This document shows, one piece after another, positions 8,092-16,128 of a stretch of DNA of 29,899 bases. Below the pieces are notes generated by a model. The model saw nothing but the letters and a program-made list of their open reading frames with translations, had not been told where the DNA came from and ran no database searches. The position numbers and the translations under genes are program-made. Source of the DNA: Actinomycetota bacterium (lineage in GTDB: Bacteria > Actinomycetota > Acidimicrobiia > Acidimicrobiales > Ilumatobacteraceae). The stretch lies in the NCBI GenBank assembly GCA_041176025.1, contig JBEDDY010000166.1, forward strand, positions 1 through 29,899, read 5' to 3'. How positions within the stretch are numbered: the first letter of the stretch is position 1; each line of letters opens with the position of its first letter.

Positions 8092-9536
8092 ACATCCTGT
8101 CGGCCCTTCGGCCCCAGCCGGGTGACAGACGAGCGAGTCGACGGGAGAAAAGAGAGGAAAGCAGGCACACGTGGCCCCAGTCACTCTGGAGGGACACGAA
8201 CCGGCGGTTCTTCTTCCAGTCCCCGTCCGTCGACCTCGATGCCGACGTGTTGATCGTCGGTGCAGGATTCAGCGGTCTGTGGACCGCCGTGCACCTGAAG
8301 AAGTCGGACCCGGGACTGAACGTCGTGATCATCGATGCACAACAACCTGGTTTCGGTGCGAGCGGGCGCAACGGGGGTTGGTGCTCCGCACTTGTCCCCA
8401 CTCCTCCGGAGGACATCGCGGCGGGAACGTCCCTCGAGGCAGCGGTCGCCCTCCAGCACAGGATGTTCTCGGTCGTGGACGAGATCGGTTCGTTCGTCTC
8501 GGAACGGGGGATCGAGTGCGGCTGGGCGAAGGGAGGGACCCTGACCGTTGCCACCAACGCCGCCCATGGTGAGCGACTGCGGGCGGAAATCGACCACCTT
8601 CGCACCTACGGGTTCTCCGAGGATGACCTCAGGTGGCTTGATGCGGACGAACTTGCGCGACGAATCACGGTTCCCGGTGCGTTGGGCGCGACGTTCACCC
8701 CACATTGCGCAGCCGTCAATCCTTACAGGCTTCTCGACGGACTCGTCCAGTTCGCGCTCGACAACGGGGTGCGGATGTTCGGCGCCACCAACGTCTTCCG
8801 GATCGGCAACGGCTATGCCGAGGCACGCGGCGAGAACGGTCTCGTCTTCGTCACCAGCAGACACACGGTCGTTGCAACTGAGGCGTACACCGCAAGGCTC
8901 CGCGGGCACAAGAGGCGCGTCGTTCCCCTGTACTCCTACGTCATCGCGACCGAACCCCTGCCCATGTCGACCTGGGAACAGATCGGTTGGTCGGACCGCG
9001 AGACCGTGGCCGACGGACGCAACATGGTCACGTACGCCCAGCGGACGGCGGACGGGCGCATCGTCTTCGGTGGACGGGGTGCTCCGTACAAGTTCGGAAG
9101 CGACATCCATTCGGACCATGACACCTCCGGGAACGTGCACGCGAAGATCATCGAGACGATGCACGAGATGTTCCCGCAGACGAGGAACGTCCGCATTTCC
9201 CACAGGTGGGGAGGCCCGCTGGGTGTCCCCCGTGATTGGCATCCCTCCGTGACAACGGACCCGGCGACGGGAGCCATCCACGTGGGTGGTTTCGTCGGCG
9301 ACGGCGTCGCGCTCAGCTACCTGGCAGGCCAGGTGGCGGCCGCGAGAATCACGGGAAGCAACACCGAACTGCTGGACCTCCCCATCAACGACCACGGTTC
9401 GCGCAGGTGGGAGCCGGAGCCGTTCAGATGGCTCGGGATCAACGCGGGACTGATGGCGACACGGCTCGCCGACCGCATCGAGAGAAGGACCGGACGACAG
9501 TCGCGGGTGCTCAACGCGCTCATGAAGCTCTTCTGA
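8088..9536 (+). CDS. FAD-dependent oxidoreductase, DAO superfamily (PuuB/OrdL-like amine or polyamine oxidase)
   Basis: ADVLIVGAGFSGLWTA (GxGxxG), GASGRNGGW, VVATEAY, IATEPL, RIVFGGRG, HRWGGPLG, EPEPFRWLG. ATGA overlap with the panC stop. Confidence 0.88.
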   Translation: MNILSALRPQPGDRRASRREKREESRHTWPQSLWRDTNRRFFFQSPSVDLDADVLIVGAGFSGLWTAVHLKKSDPGLNVVIIDAQQPGFGASGRNGGWCSALVPTPPEDIAAGTSLEAAVALQHRMFSVVDEIGSFVSERGIECGWAKGGTLTVATNAAHGERLRAEIDHLRTYGFSEDDLRWLDADELARRITVPGALGATFTPHCAAVNPYRLLDGLVQFALDNGVRMFGATNVFRIGNGYAEARGENGLVFVTSRHTVVATEAYTARLRGHKRRVVPLYSYVIATEPLPMSTWEQIGWSDRETVADGRNMVTYAQRTADGRIVFGGRGAPYKFGSDIHSDHDTSGNVHAKIIETMHEMFPQTRNVRISHRWGGPLGVPRDWHPSVTTDPATGAIHVGGFVGDGVALSYLAGQVAAARITGSNTELLDLPINDHGSRRWEPEPFRWLGINAGLMATRLADRIERRTGRQSRVLNALMKLF

Positions 9537-11021
9537 TCAACGGTGCAGGCCGGCGTCGGTCTGATGAACGCGGAGACGCACGGTGTACCCCGAGTCACCG
9601 CTGAGGATGCCCGACCGGGAGAACAGACGGCCCGACTGCCAGTTGGACAGACCGAGCTCAGGCCTGAGCAGAGCGAACTGACCGTCGACCCAACGGGTGA
9701 ACCCGTCGCCGACGAAGGGTGCATTGCACAGTGACCAGACGGTGTCATGGTCGTTCCGGTCCTCGGAGACGCACGAGACCACGAACAACGGGCTGTGAGC
9801 ATTGAAGAGCGCAGAGGCCTCGACGACATCGTCGACGAGAACAACATGGAACTCGGGATTCTCCTCCCACTCGAACTCGTGGCCCAGCATCCCCTCTGTC
9901 TCCACGGTCACACGGGGCTCGGTGTGGGGACCGTCGGCACGCCTGACCTCGATCTGTTCGGCGGGACCGCAGAGGTCGAACGCGTCACCGACTGCGTGCA
10001 CCCGTGCCCTCAGCCCCCTTCGTGCAGCGGCCGCGTCGGCACTGGCCATGACCACGGGCAGGAGCTCCCGCGCACGCGAACGCACGACGGCGACGACATT
10101 GAGCGTGTTGCAGACCTTGCGGTCGAGCGAATGCTCGACCACCCGGGACAACCGGTCGGGGTCGGCGCTCTCCCCCACGATCATCCATGCGCCGCCGGTG
10201 CCGTGGAGACTGACCGGGATGCCGCTTTGCTGCGCCATGGCACCCAGCTCGGCGACGGCCGGTCCGGAACCGCGGGCAACTGCGAGGGACAGCCGACTGT
10301 CGGAGAAGAGCGCCCACCCCGCTGCGTGTTCCGGCGAGTCGAGGAGCCCGACACAGCCCTCGGGCAGACCGGAAGCCGCGATCGCCGGCGCCACGACGTG
10401 TTCCATCAAGGCGCGAGCGGTTCCGAGCGCGTCGCTTCCGATGCGGAACACGACTGTGTTTCCCCCGCGCAGGACCCCGGTCGCATCGGCGAAGACGTTC
10501 GGGCGACCCTCGAAGACGAAACCGATGACGCCCAGCGGGGCACGTTCCTCGGTCACCGTCCATCCGTCATGCTCGATCGACGGACCGACGCCACCTTCCT
10601 GTGCACTGTCGCGCCACATGCGGAGCGCCTCGACCATGCCCTGCCGCATGGAGTCCGAGAGCACGAGCCGCGTGGTGCTGCGTCCGCGCGCCGCAGCCGA
10701 TTCCACATCGGCTCTGTTGGCCCGTGCGACGGCCCCGAACACCCGGTCATCGGCAAGGAGACCCGCCGCCACCTCGAAGAACCGTGTGACCTGATCCTGT
10801 CCGACAAACGACATGGCGGAGAACGCGTCGACTGCTGCATCCATCGACGCACCCACCAGTTCAACGACACGGGAAGGTATGCGCCGAAGATCACCCGACG
10901 AGGCGACACCCAGCACCTTGTCCCCCGGTTCGAGCGCGGAGGCAAAGTCGGCATCAACCGTGAGAACCGTCGCCCCGACAAGGACACGGTCACCGGCCCG
11001 GAGCAGGTCATCGTTGGTCAC
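9537..11021 (-). CDS. Divergent gamma-glutamyl phosphate reductase (ProA)-like aldehyde dehydrogenase
   Basis: PLGVIGFVFEGRPNV (ProA PLGVIGIIYESRPNV), LAVARGS, catalytic Cys in KVCNTLN, TRWVDG...ELGLS. Carries an N-terminal extension. I did not assign the symbol proA because of the divergence. Confidence 0.75.
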   Translation of the reverse strand: MTNDDLLRAGDRVLVGATVLTVDADFASALEPGDKVLGVASSGDLRRIPSRVVELVGASMDAAVDAFSAMSFVGQDQVTRFFEVAAGLLADDRVFGAVARANRADVESAAARGRSTTRLVLSDSMRQGMVEALRMWRDSAQEGGVGPSIEHDGWTVTEERAPLGVIGFVFEGRPNVFADATGVLRGGNTVVFRIGSDALGTARALMEHVVAPAIAASGLPEGCVGLLDSPEHAAGWALFSDSRLSLAVARGSGPAVAELGAMAQQSGIPVSLHGTGGAWMIVGESADPDRLSRVVEHSLDRKVCNTLNVVAVVRSRARELLPVVMASADAAAARRGLRARVHAVGDAFDLCGPAEQIEVRRADGPHTEPRVTVETEGMLGHEFEWEENPEFHVVLVDDVVEASALFNAHSPLFVVSCVSEDRNDHDTVWSLCNAPFVGDGFTRWVDGQFALLRPELGLSNWQSGRLFSRSGILSGDSGYTVRLRVHQTDAGLHR

Positions 11022-11026
11022 CCGCC

Positions 11027-11033
11027 TATTCTC
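11027..11033. promoter_or_regulatory. Overlapping bidirectional -10 elements: TATTCT (+, 11027-11032) and GAGAAT (-, 11028-11033)
   Basis: Only 18 bp separate the two GTG starts (11021 and 11040). The hexamers are 7 nt and 6 nt from their starts. Confidence 0.65.
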
Positions 11034-11039
11034 TCTCAG

Positions 11040-11762
11040 GTGAGCGACGACACCACAGACCGACTCTTTTTCCGCCAGTTGCTGTCCGGGAGGGACTACG
11101 CACAGGGGAACGCGATGGCCCGGCAGATGGTGAACTTCACGTACGCCATCGGGGACCGACAGACCGGCGAGTGTGTTCTCGTGGACCCGGCCTACGCCGT
11201 GGCAGACCTGGTCGACCTCGTCGAATCAGAGGGCATGAAGGTGGCGGGGGTGCTGGCCACTCACTACCACGCCGACCATGTCGGGGGTTCGATGATGGGC
11301 CACACGATCGAGGGCGTGGCCGCACTCCTCGAGCGGGGCTCCGTGCCGATCCACGTGAACAAGCACGAGGTTCCGTGGGTGACACGCACGACCGGGCTCT
11401 CCGAGTCCGATCTTGTCGCCCACGAGTCGGGGGATGTCGTGAAGGTGGGCGACATCGACATCACACTCGTCCACACACCCGGACACACCCCCGGGAGCCA
11501 GTGTTTCCTCGCACTCGGATGTCTCGTCTCGGGCGACACACTGTTTCTCGATGGATGCGGGCGGACCGACCTGCCAGGCAGCGACCCGGAGCTGATGTAC
11601 GAGAGTCTGTCCCTGTTGGCGGGCCTGCCCGATGACACGGTCGTGCTGCCCGGCCATCGGTACTCGGAGGCGCCCGCCGCACAACTGTCCGATGTGCGGA
11701 CGAACAATTACGTGTTCAAACCACGCACCAAGGAGCAATGGATGATGATGTTCGGGCACTGA
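11040..11762 (+). CDS. MBL-fold metallo-hydrolase (glyoxalase II-like)
   Basis: THYHADH (HxHxDH), HTPGHTPGS, SGDTLF, GRTDLPG, VLPGH. The real gene is the 3' third of track ORF 9747..11762. Confidence 0.92.
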   Translation: MSDDTTDRLFFRQLLSGRDYAQGNAMARQMVNFTYAIGDRQTGECVLVDPAYAVADLVDLVESEGMKVAGVLATHYHADHVGGSMMGHTIEGVAALLERGSVPIHVNKHEVPWVTRTTGLSESDLVAHESGDVVKVGDIDITLVHTPGHTPGSQCFLALGCLVSGDTLFLDGCGRTDLPGSDPELMYESLSLLAGLPDDTVVLPGHRYSEAPAAQLSDVRTNNYVFKPRTKEQWMMMFGH

Positions 11763-11770
11763 CCGGTCGG

Positions 11771-12502
11771 TCAGTGCGTCGCTGCCGCGACGATCGCGCT
11801 CGCCCCCGAGGCGAACATCAACCCGAGCACCAAGCGCCGGAAACGCTCTCCCCTGACCGCCGGTGCCACGCGCGAACCCAGCCACTGGGTCACCAGCACC
11901 ACGGGAACCGACACAAGCGCGGCAAGTGCAGCATCGTGCCGGACCTTCCCGGCCACCACGAACATCGACAGTGACACCGCGTTCGAGTAGACGAACACCC
12001 GCGAGATGGTTCCCCTGAACACGTGCGGTTCGTATCCCCTTGCCTGGAACAGAAAGACGAGAGGCGGCCCGTTCGTGGACACAGACGTGTTCAGGACACC
12101 ACTGACAGCCCCCAGGACGAATTCGTCCCTGCGCGACGCGTGATCGAGGGTGAACCCGCGCACCAACAGGATCGCGGCGATGATGACGACCACACCGACC
12201 GCGAGACGCAGCTGGTTTGCGGTGCCGATGACGAACACCACCAACCCGAGTGGCATGCCGACACAGGCGCCGGCGAACACCCTGTGCGCAACGGACGTGT
12301 CGCAGTGTTCACGCTCCGACCATGCCTGCGCAGCGGTCGTGTACATCGCCAGCAACGTGGCGATGATGACACCCTCCTGCGGGGCGAGAAACAGCGAGAG
12401 GAGCGGAACGACGATCAACCCGAAACCGAACCCGGAGATCTTCTGCACGAATGCCGCGCAACCGACGACCGCCATCACCCCGGCGAACTGCAGGAGGGTC
12501 AA
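11771..12502 (-). CDS. TauE/SafE family (sulfite exporter-like) membrane protein
   Basis: VQKISGFGFGLIVVP and GVLNTSVSTNGPP internal repeat motifs, about 8 hydrophobic segments. TTG 12502 start is inferred (2 nt after the upstream stop); GTG/ATG a few codons later is also possible. Confidence 0.85.
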   Translation of the reverse strand: MTLLQFAGVMAVVGCAAFVQKISGFGFGLIVVPLLSLFLAPQEGVIIATLLAMYTTAAQAWSEREHCDTSVAHRVFAGACVGMPLGLVVFVIGTANQLRLAVGVVVIIAAILLVRGFTLDHASRRDEFVLGAVSGVLNTSVSTNGPPLVFLFQARGYEPHVFRGTISRVFVYSNAVSLSMFVVAGKVRHDAALAALVSVPVVLVTQWLGSRVAPAVRGERFRRLVLGLMFASGASAIVAAATH

Positions 12503-12504
12503 TG

Positions 12505-13854
12505 TCAGGCACCCAGCGAGTCGATTGCGTCCGCGAACACCTGCGTGTGCAGGTCCACGTCTGCCTCCCCGTGGGACGGGCAGAACAACGCCATGTTGTG
12601 GAACGGTGTGAGGAGTATCCCCCGGTTCAGCGCGAACAGGTGCATGTACGAATCCAGTTCGGCGTCCGATGCCGCCGCCGCGTCCGCTCCGTTGCGGGGA
12701 ACGGGACAGAACCAGTACTCGGCGCGGGCGCCGAGCTGCTGGACATGCCACTGCAGGCCCTTGTTCTCGTACGCGGCGCGGACACCCTCGGTCCATCTCG
12801 TCGCCAACGGCACCATCACCGCAAAATCCTCCACGCGAAGATTCGAGGAGAGCGTTGCCCGGATCGCCGCCATGGCGAGGGCGTTGCCGGTGAGTGTGCC
12901 GCCGACACCGGACACGTCCACCGAGTCCCCCGCCATCAATGACTCGAGTCGGTGCGCCACTTCGCCGGACATCCCGTAGACGGCGGCGGGCATTCCCCCT
13001 GCTATCGGTTTGCCGATGACGAACATGTCCGGATCTAGGTTCCATTCGCGGGTGCAACCGCCCGGCCCCGCACAGATGGTGTGGGTCTCGTCGATCACGA
13101 GCAGAACCCCGTGGCGTCTGGTCACGTCCCGTACCGCATCGAGATAGCCGTCATCGGGCAGGACTATCCCGATGTTCGTGAGGGCGGGCTCCATCAGCAG
13201 ACATGCGACGTCGCCGTGCGACAGTGCCGCTTCCAGCGCATCGATGTCGTTGAACGGAACGACCCGTGTCGTCGTTGCCACATTGAAAGCCGGCCCGATG
13301 GCACCCGGCCGCGGCACGACACGGCCGCTCCGGTCGAGCACCGCGAGTGTCTCGTCCACGGTGCCGTGGTAGCACCAATCCATGACGGCGATCTTCGGAC
13401 GTCCCGTGATGGCACGCGCAAAACGGAGAACGAACCGGTTCGCATCGGTTGCGGTCATGGCGAACTGCCACTTCGGCAGGCCGAAACGGCGCGTCAGCTC
13501 ACCGGCCACCCAGATCGCGTCCTCGTTCGGCAACATCGTGGTGATGCCCCGTGATGCGCGGTCGTGCAGCGCATCTGCCACACCCGTCAGCCCGTGACCG
13601 GTCATGGCCCCGGTGTCACCGAGACAGAAATCAACGTATTCGTGCCCGTCGACATCAGTGAAGCGGGCCCCACGGGCATCCTCGAAGAACAGCGGGAACT
13701 CCCCCGGCCACCTTGCCATCCATGGCATGGGCACGCCCGACAACAGGCCCTCCCGGGCGCTACGGGCCAGCCCCGCCGAACGCGGATGGAGACGGCCGAA
13801 GAGGGAGAGCTCCTCGGCATGACGGGATGCGAGAGTGGCGCGGTTGATGTTCAT
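12505..13854 (-). CDS. Class III PLP aminotransferase, HemL/GSA-aminomutase-like paralog
   Basis: DVDGHEYVDF, CYHG, LMEP, LLVIDETHT, PLP-lysine GKPIAGGMP, GGTLTGN. ATG 13854 start; TATGGT lies 14 nt upstream. Confidence 0.88.
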   Translation of the reverse strand: MNINRATLASRHAEELSLFGRLHPRSAGLARSAREGLLSGVPMPWMARWPGEFPLFFEDARGARFTDVDGHEYVDFCLGDTGAMTGHGLTGVADALHDRASRGITTMLPNEDAIWVAGELTRRFGLPKWQFAMTATDANRFVLRFARAITGRPKIAVMDWCYHGTVDETLAVLDRSGRVVPRPGAIGPAFNVATTTRVVPFNDIDALEAALSHGDVACLLMEPALTNIGIVLPDDGYLDAVRDVTRRHGVLLVIDETHTICAGPGGCTREWNLDPDMFVIGKPIAGGMPAAVYGMSGEVAHRLESLMAGDSVDVSGVGGTLTGNALAMAAIRATLSSNLRVEDFAVMVPLATRWTEGVRAAYENKGLQWHVQQLGARAEYWFCPVPRNGADAAAASDAELDSYMHLFALNRGILLTPFHNMALFCPSHGEADVDLHTQVFADAIDSLGA

Positions 13855-13937
13855 GAGCTCGACGTTCCACCATAGGTTTCGTGGACGGACGGGCCGAGGA
13901 TTCCCAATGAAGTCAGGCCTCTCGGCTTTACATTTCG

Positions 13938-13943
13938 TACACT
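13938..13943 (+). promoter_or_regulatory. -10 element TACACT, leaderless start of the carbamoylase/Xdh operon
   Basis: TANNNT hexamer 7 nt upstream of GTG 13951. Confidence 0.65.
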
Positions 13944-13950
13944 TTGACCC

Positions 13951-15207
13951 GTGAGCACCGACCGGCACCCCTTGGACCTCCGGGTCAACGGAGAGCGGCT
14001 GATGGCGCGTCTCGATGCTCTTGCCGAGGTGGGGGCCATTCCTGGTGGCGGATGTGCGCGTCTCGCCCTGACCGACGATGACAAGACAGGCCGTGACCTC
14101 GTGGTGTCCTGGATGAGGGACCTGGGGCTCGACGTCACCGTCGACGTCGTCGGCAACGTGGTGGGGACATGGAACGTGGGCACCGGGTCTCCCGTGATGA
14201 CCGGCTCACACATCGACACTGTCCGGACCGGCGGCAGGTACGACGGCAACTACGGGGTGCTCGCGGGGCTCGAGGTCATCCAGACCGTCCAGGAGTCAGG
14301 TTTCGTCCCGCTTCGGCCGCTCGCCGTCGCGTTCTTCACGAACGAGGAAGGGGCTCGTTTTGCCCCCGACATGATGGGCTCACTCGCCTTTGTCGGCGGG
14401 AGCCCCGTCGAGACGGTTCTCGACACCGTCGGCATCGACGGCGCCCGTGTGGGGGACGAACTGGAGCGAATCGGGTATTCCGGCTCCATTCCGTGCCCCC
14501 AGATCGCGCCGCATGCCTTCGTCGAGCTGCACATCGAGCAGGGACCGGTGCTCGAACAGCAGGACACGACGATCGGTGTCGTCACGGGTGTGCAGGGAAT
14601 CAGCTGGCAGGAAGTGACCATCACGGGACAGTCGAACCACGCGGGCACGACCCCCATGAACCTCCGTCACGATCCCGCCTACGCGGCCTCGAACATCGCG
14701 GTGTTCCTCCGCGAACTTGCACGCGGGTTCGGCGGCCACCAGGTGTGCACGGTCGGGAAGATCGACATGCACCCGAATCTGATCAACGTTGTCCCGGCAT
14801 CGGCCACCCTCACCCTGGACGTCCGGAACACCGACGAGGAACTGCTCAGGGACGCCGAACGGCAGATTGCCGCCCATCTGCGGAAACTTGCCGCCGACGA
14901 GGGCGTCTCGATCACCACCAGGACACTCGCGAGATTCGAGCCCGTCGACTTCGACTCCTCGGTGATCTCGCTCATCGAGGGCGTCGCATCGGACCACGGG
15001 TTGAGCCACATGCGGATGCCGAGCGGCGCGGGTCACGATGCACAGATGCTGGCGCGGGTCTGCCCGGCCGCAATGATCTTCGTCCCCAGCCACAAGGGCA
15101 TCAGCCACAACCCAGCCGAGCACACCGACGCCCACCAACTCGTCGCAGGCTGCAACGTCCTGCTCCACGCTCTTCTCTCACTCACCCACCCGGAGGTAGG
15201 CCAATGA
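13951..15207 (+). CDS. M20 Zn-dependent N-carbamoyl-amino acid hydrolase (beta-ureidopropionase/L-carbamoylase/allantoate amidohydrolase family)
   Basis: GSHIDTV, GRYDGNYGV, FTNEEGARF, ELHIEQGP, GQSNHAGTTPM, SGAGHDA, GISHNPAE. Confidence 0.93.
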   Translation: MSTDRHPLDLRVNGERLMARLDALAEVGAIPGGGCARLALTDDDKTGRDLVVSWMRDLGLDVTVDVVGNVVGTWNVGTGSPVMTGSHIDTVRTGGRYDGNYGVLAGLEVIQTVQESGFVPLRPLAVAFFTNEEGARFAPDMMGSLAFVGGSPVETVLDTVGIDGARVGDELERIGYSGSIPCPQIAPHAFVELHIEQGPVLEQQDTTIGVVTGVQGISWQEVTITGQSNHAGTTPMNLRHDPAYAASNIAVFLRELARGFGGHQVCTVGKIDMHPNLINVVPASATLTLDVRNTDEELLRDAERQIAAHLRKLAADEGVSITTRTLARFEPVDFDSSVISLIEGVASDHGLSHMRMPSGAGHDAQMLARVCPAAMIFVPSHKGISHNPAEHTDAHQLVAGCNVLLHALLSLTHPEVGQ

Positions 15208-16127
15208 GTCGCATCATCACCGTCGGCGCGGCACAGCTCGGGCCGATCCAGAAGGAGCATTCACGCGAGAGCGTGGTGCAACGCTTGATCTCCCTCCTCC
15301 GGCAGGGGGCATCAGCCGGTTGCGACCTGGTGGTGTTCCCCGAGCTGGCGCTGACCACCTTCTTTCCCCGTTGGTTCGTCGAGGACATCACCACTGCTGA
15401 CCACTGGTACGAGCGGGAGATGCCGTCACCAGCCACGCAGCCACTGTTCGACACGGCGCGGGACCTGGGTGTCGGCTTCTGCCTCGGGTACGCCGAACTC
15501 ACCGATGACGGCCACAGGTTCAACACACAGATCCTGGTGGAAAAGGACGGGAGTGTCGTCGCCAGGTACCGCAAGGTCCACATTCCCGGCCACGAGCATC
15601 ACGAGCCGGACCGGCCTTTCCAGCACGCCGAGCGCTATTACTTCGAGCCGTCCATGGAGGGATTCGGGGTGTGGAAAGCATTCGGTGGCCGCATCGGAAT
15701 GATGATCTGCAACGACCGGAGGTGGCCCGAGACATACCGTGTGATGGGCCTGAAGGGCGTGGAGATGATCCTCTGCGGCTACAACACGCCGATCCACTAC
15801 GTTCCCGACCCGAGCCAGGACATCCTGCAGGGTTTCCACAACGCGCTCGTGATGCAGTCGGGTGCGTACCAGAACGGCACGTGGGTGGTCGGCGTCGCGA
15901 AGGGCGGTGTCGAGGAAGGTGTCGACAGCCTGGGGCAGTCCATGATCGTCGCGCCGTCCGGCCAGATCGTCGCGCAGGCACTGACCACCGATGACGAACT
16001 GATTTTCGCACGTTGCGACCTTGACTGGTGCGCACGGTACAAGGGCACCCTCTTCGATTTCGACCGCTACCGCCGTCCCGAGGTCTACGGCAACATCACC
16101 GCACAACGCGGAGTCGTCCTGGACTGA
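15204..16127 (+). CDS. N-carbamoyl-D-amino acid amidohydrolase (nitrilase superfamily)
   Basis: VVFPELALTTFFPRW, YRKVHIPGH, ICNDRRWPE (Glu-Lys-Cys triad), GYNTP, QSGAYQN, all typical of D-carbamoylase. ATGA overlap with the previous gene. Confidence 0.88.
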   Translation: MSRIITVGAAQLGPIQKEHSRESVVQRLISLLRQGASAGCDLVVFPELALTTFFPRWFVEDITTADHWYEREMPSPATQPLFDTARDLGVGFCLGYAELTDDGHRFNTQILVEKDGSVVARYRKVHIPGHEHHEPDRPFQHAERYYFEPSMEGFGVWKAFGGRIGMMICNDRRWPETYRVMGLKGVEMILCGYNTPIHYVPDPSQDILQGFHNALVMQSGAYQNGTWVVGVAKGGVEEGVDSLGQSMIVAPSGQIVAQALTTDDELIFARCDLDWCARYKGTLFDFDRYRRPEVYGNITAQRGVVLD

Positions 16128-16128
16128 C

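Noticed and set aside
9747-11039. 5' two-thirds of the 671-aa plus-strand ORF, suggesting a large fusion with the MBL domain
   Set aside because: It is the antisense shadow of the ProA-like gene. The MBL gene has its own GTG and -10 at 11040.
12503-13057. Long N-terminal extension of TauE
   Set aside because: Alternative frame of the aminotransferase gene; family similarity starts only near 12502.
12505-13854. Calling the aminotransferase hemL
   Set aside because: HemL-specific motifs are altered and there is no tetrapyrrole gene context.
14169-15203. Apparent N-terminal extension or fusion of the D-carbamoylase (652-aa ORF)
   Set aside because: Arg/Pro-rich off-frame translation of the M20 gene; the true start is the ATGA overlap at 15204.
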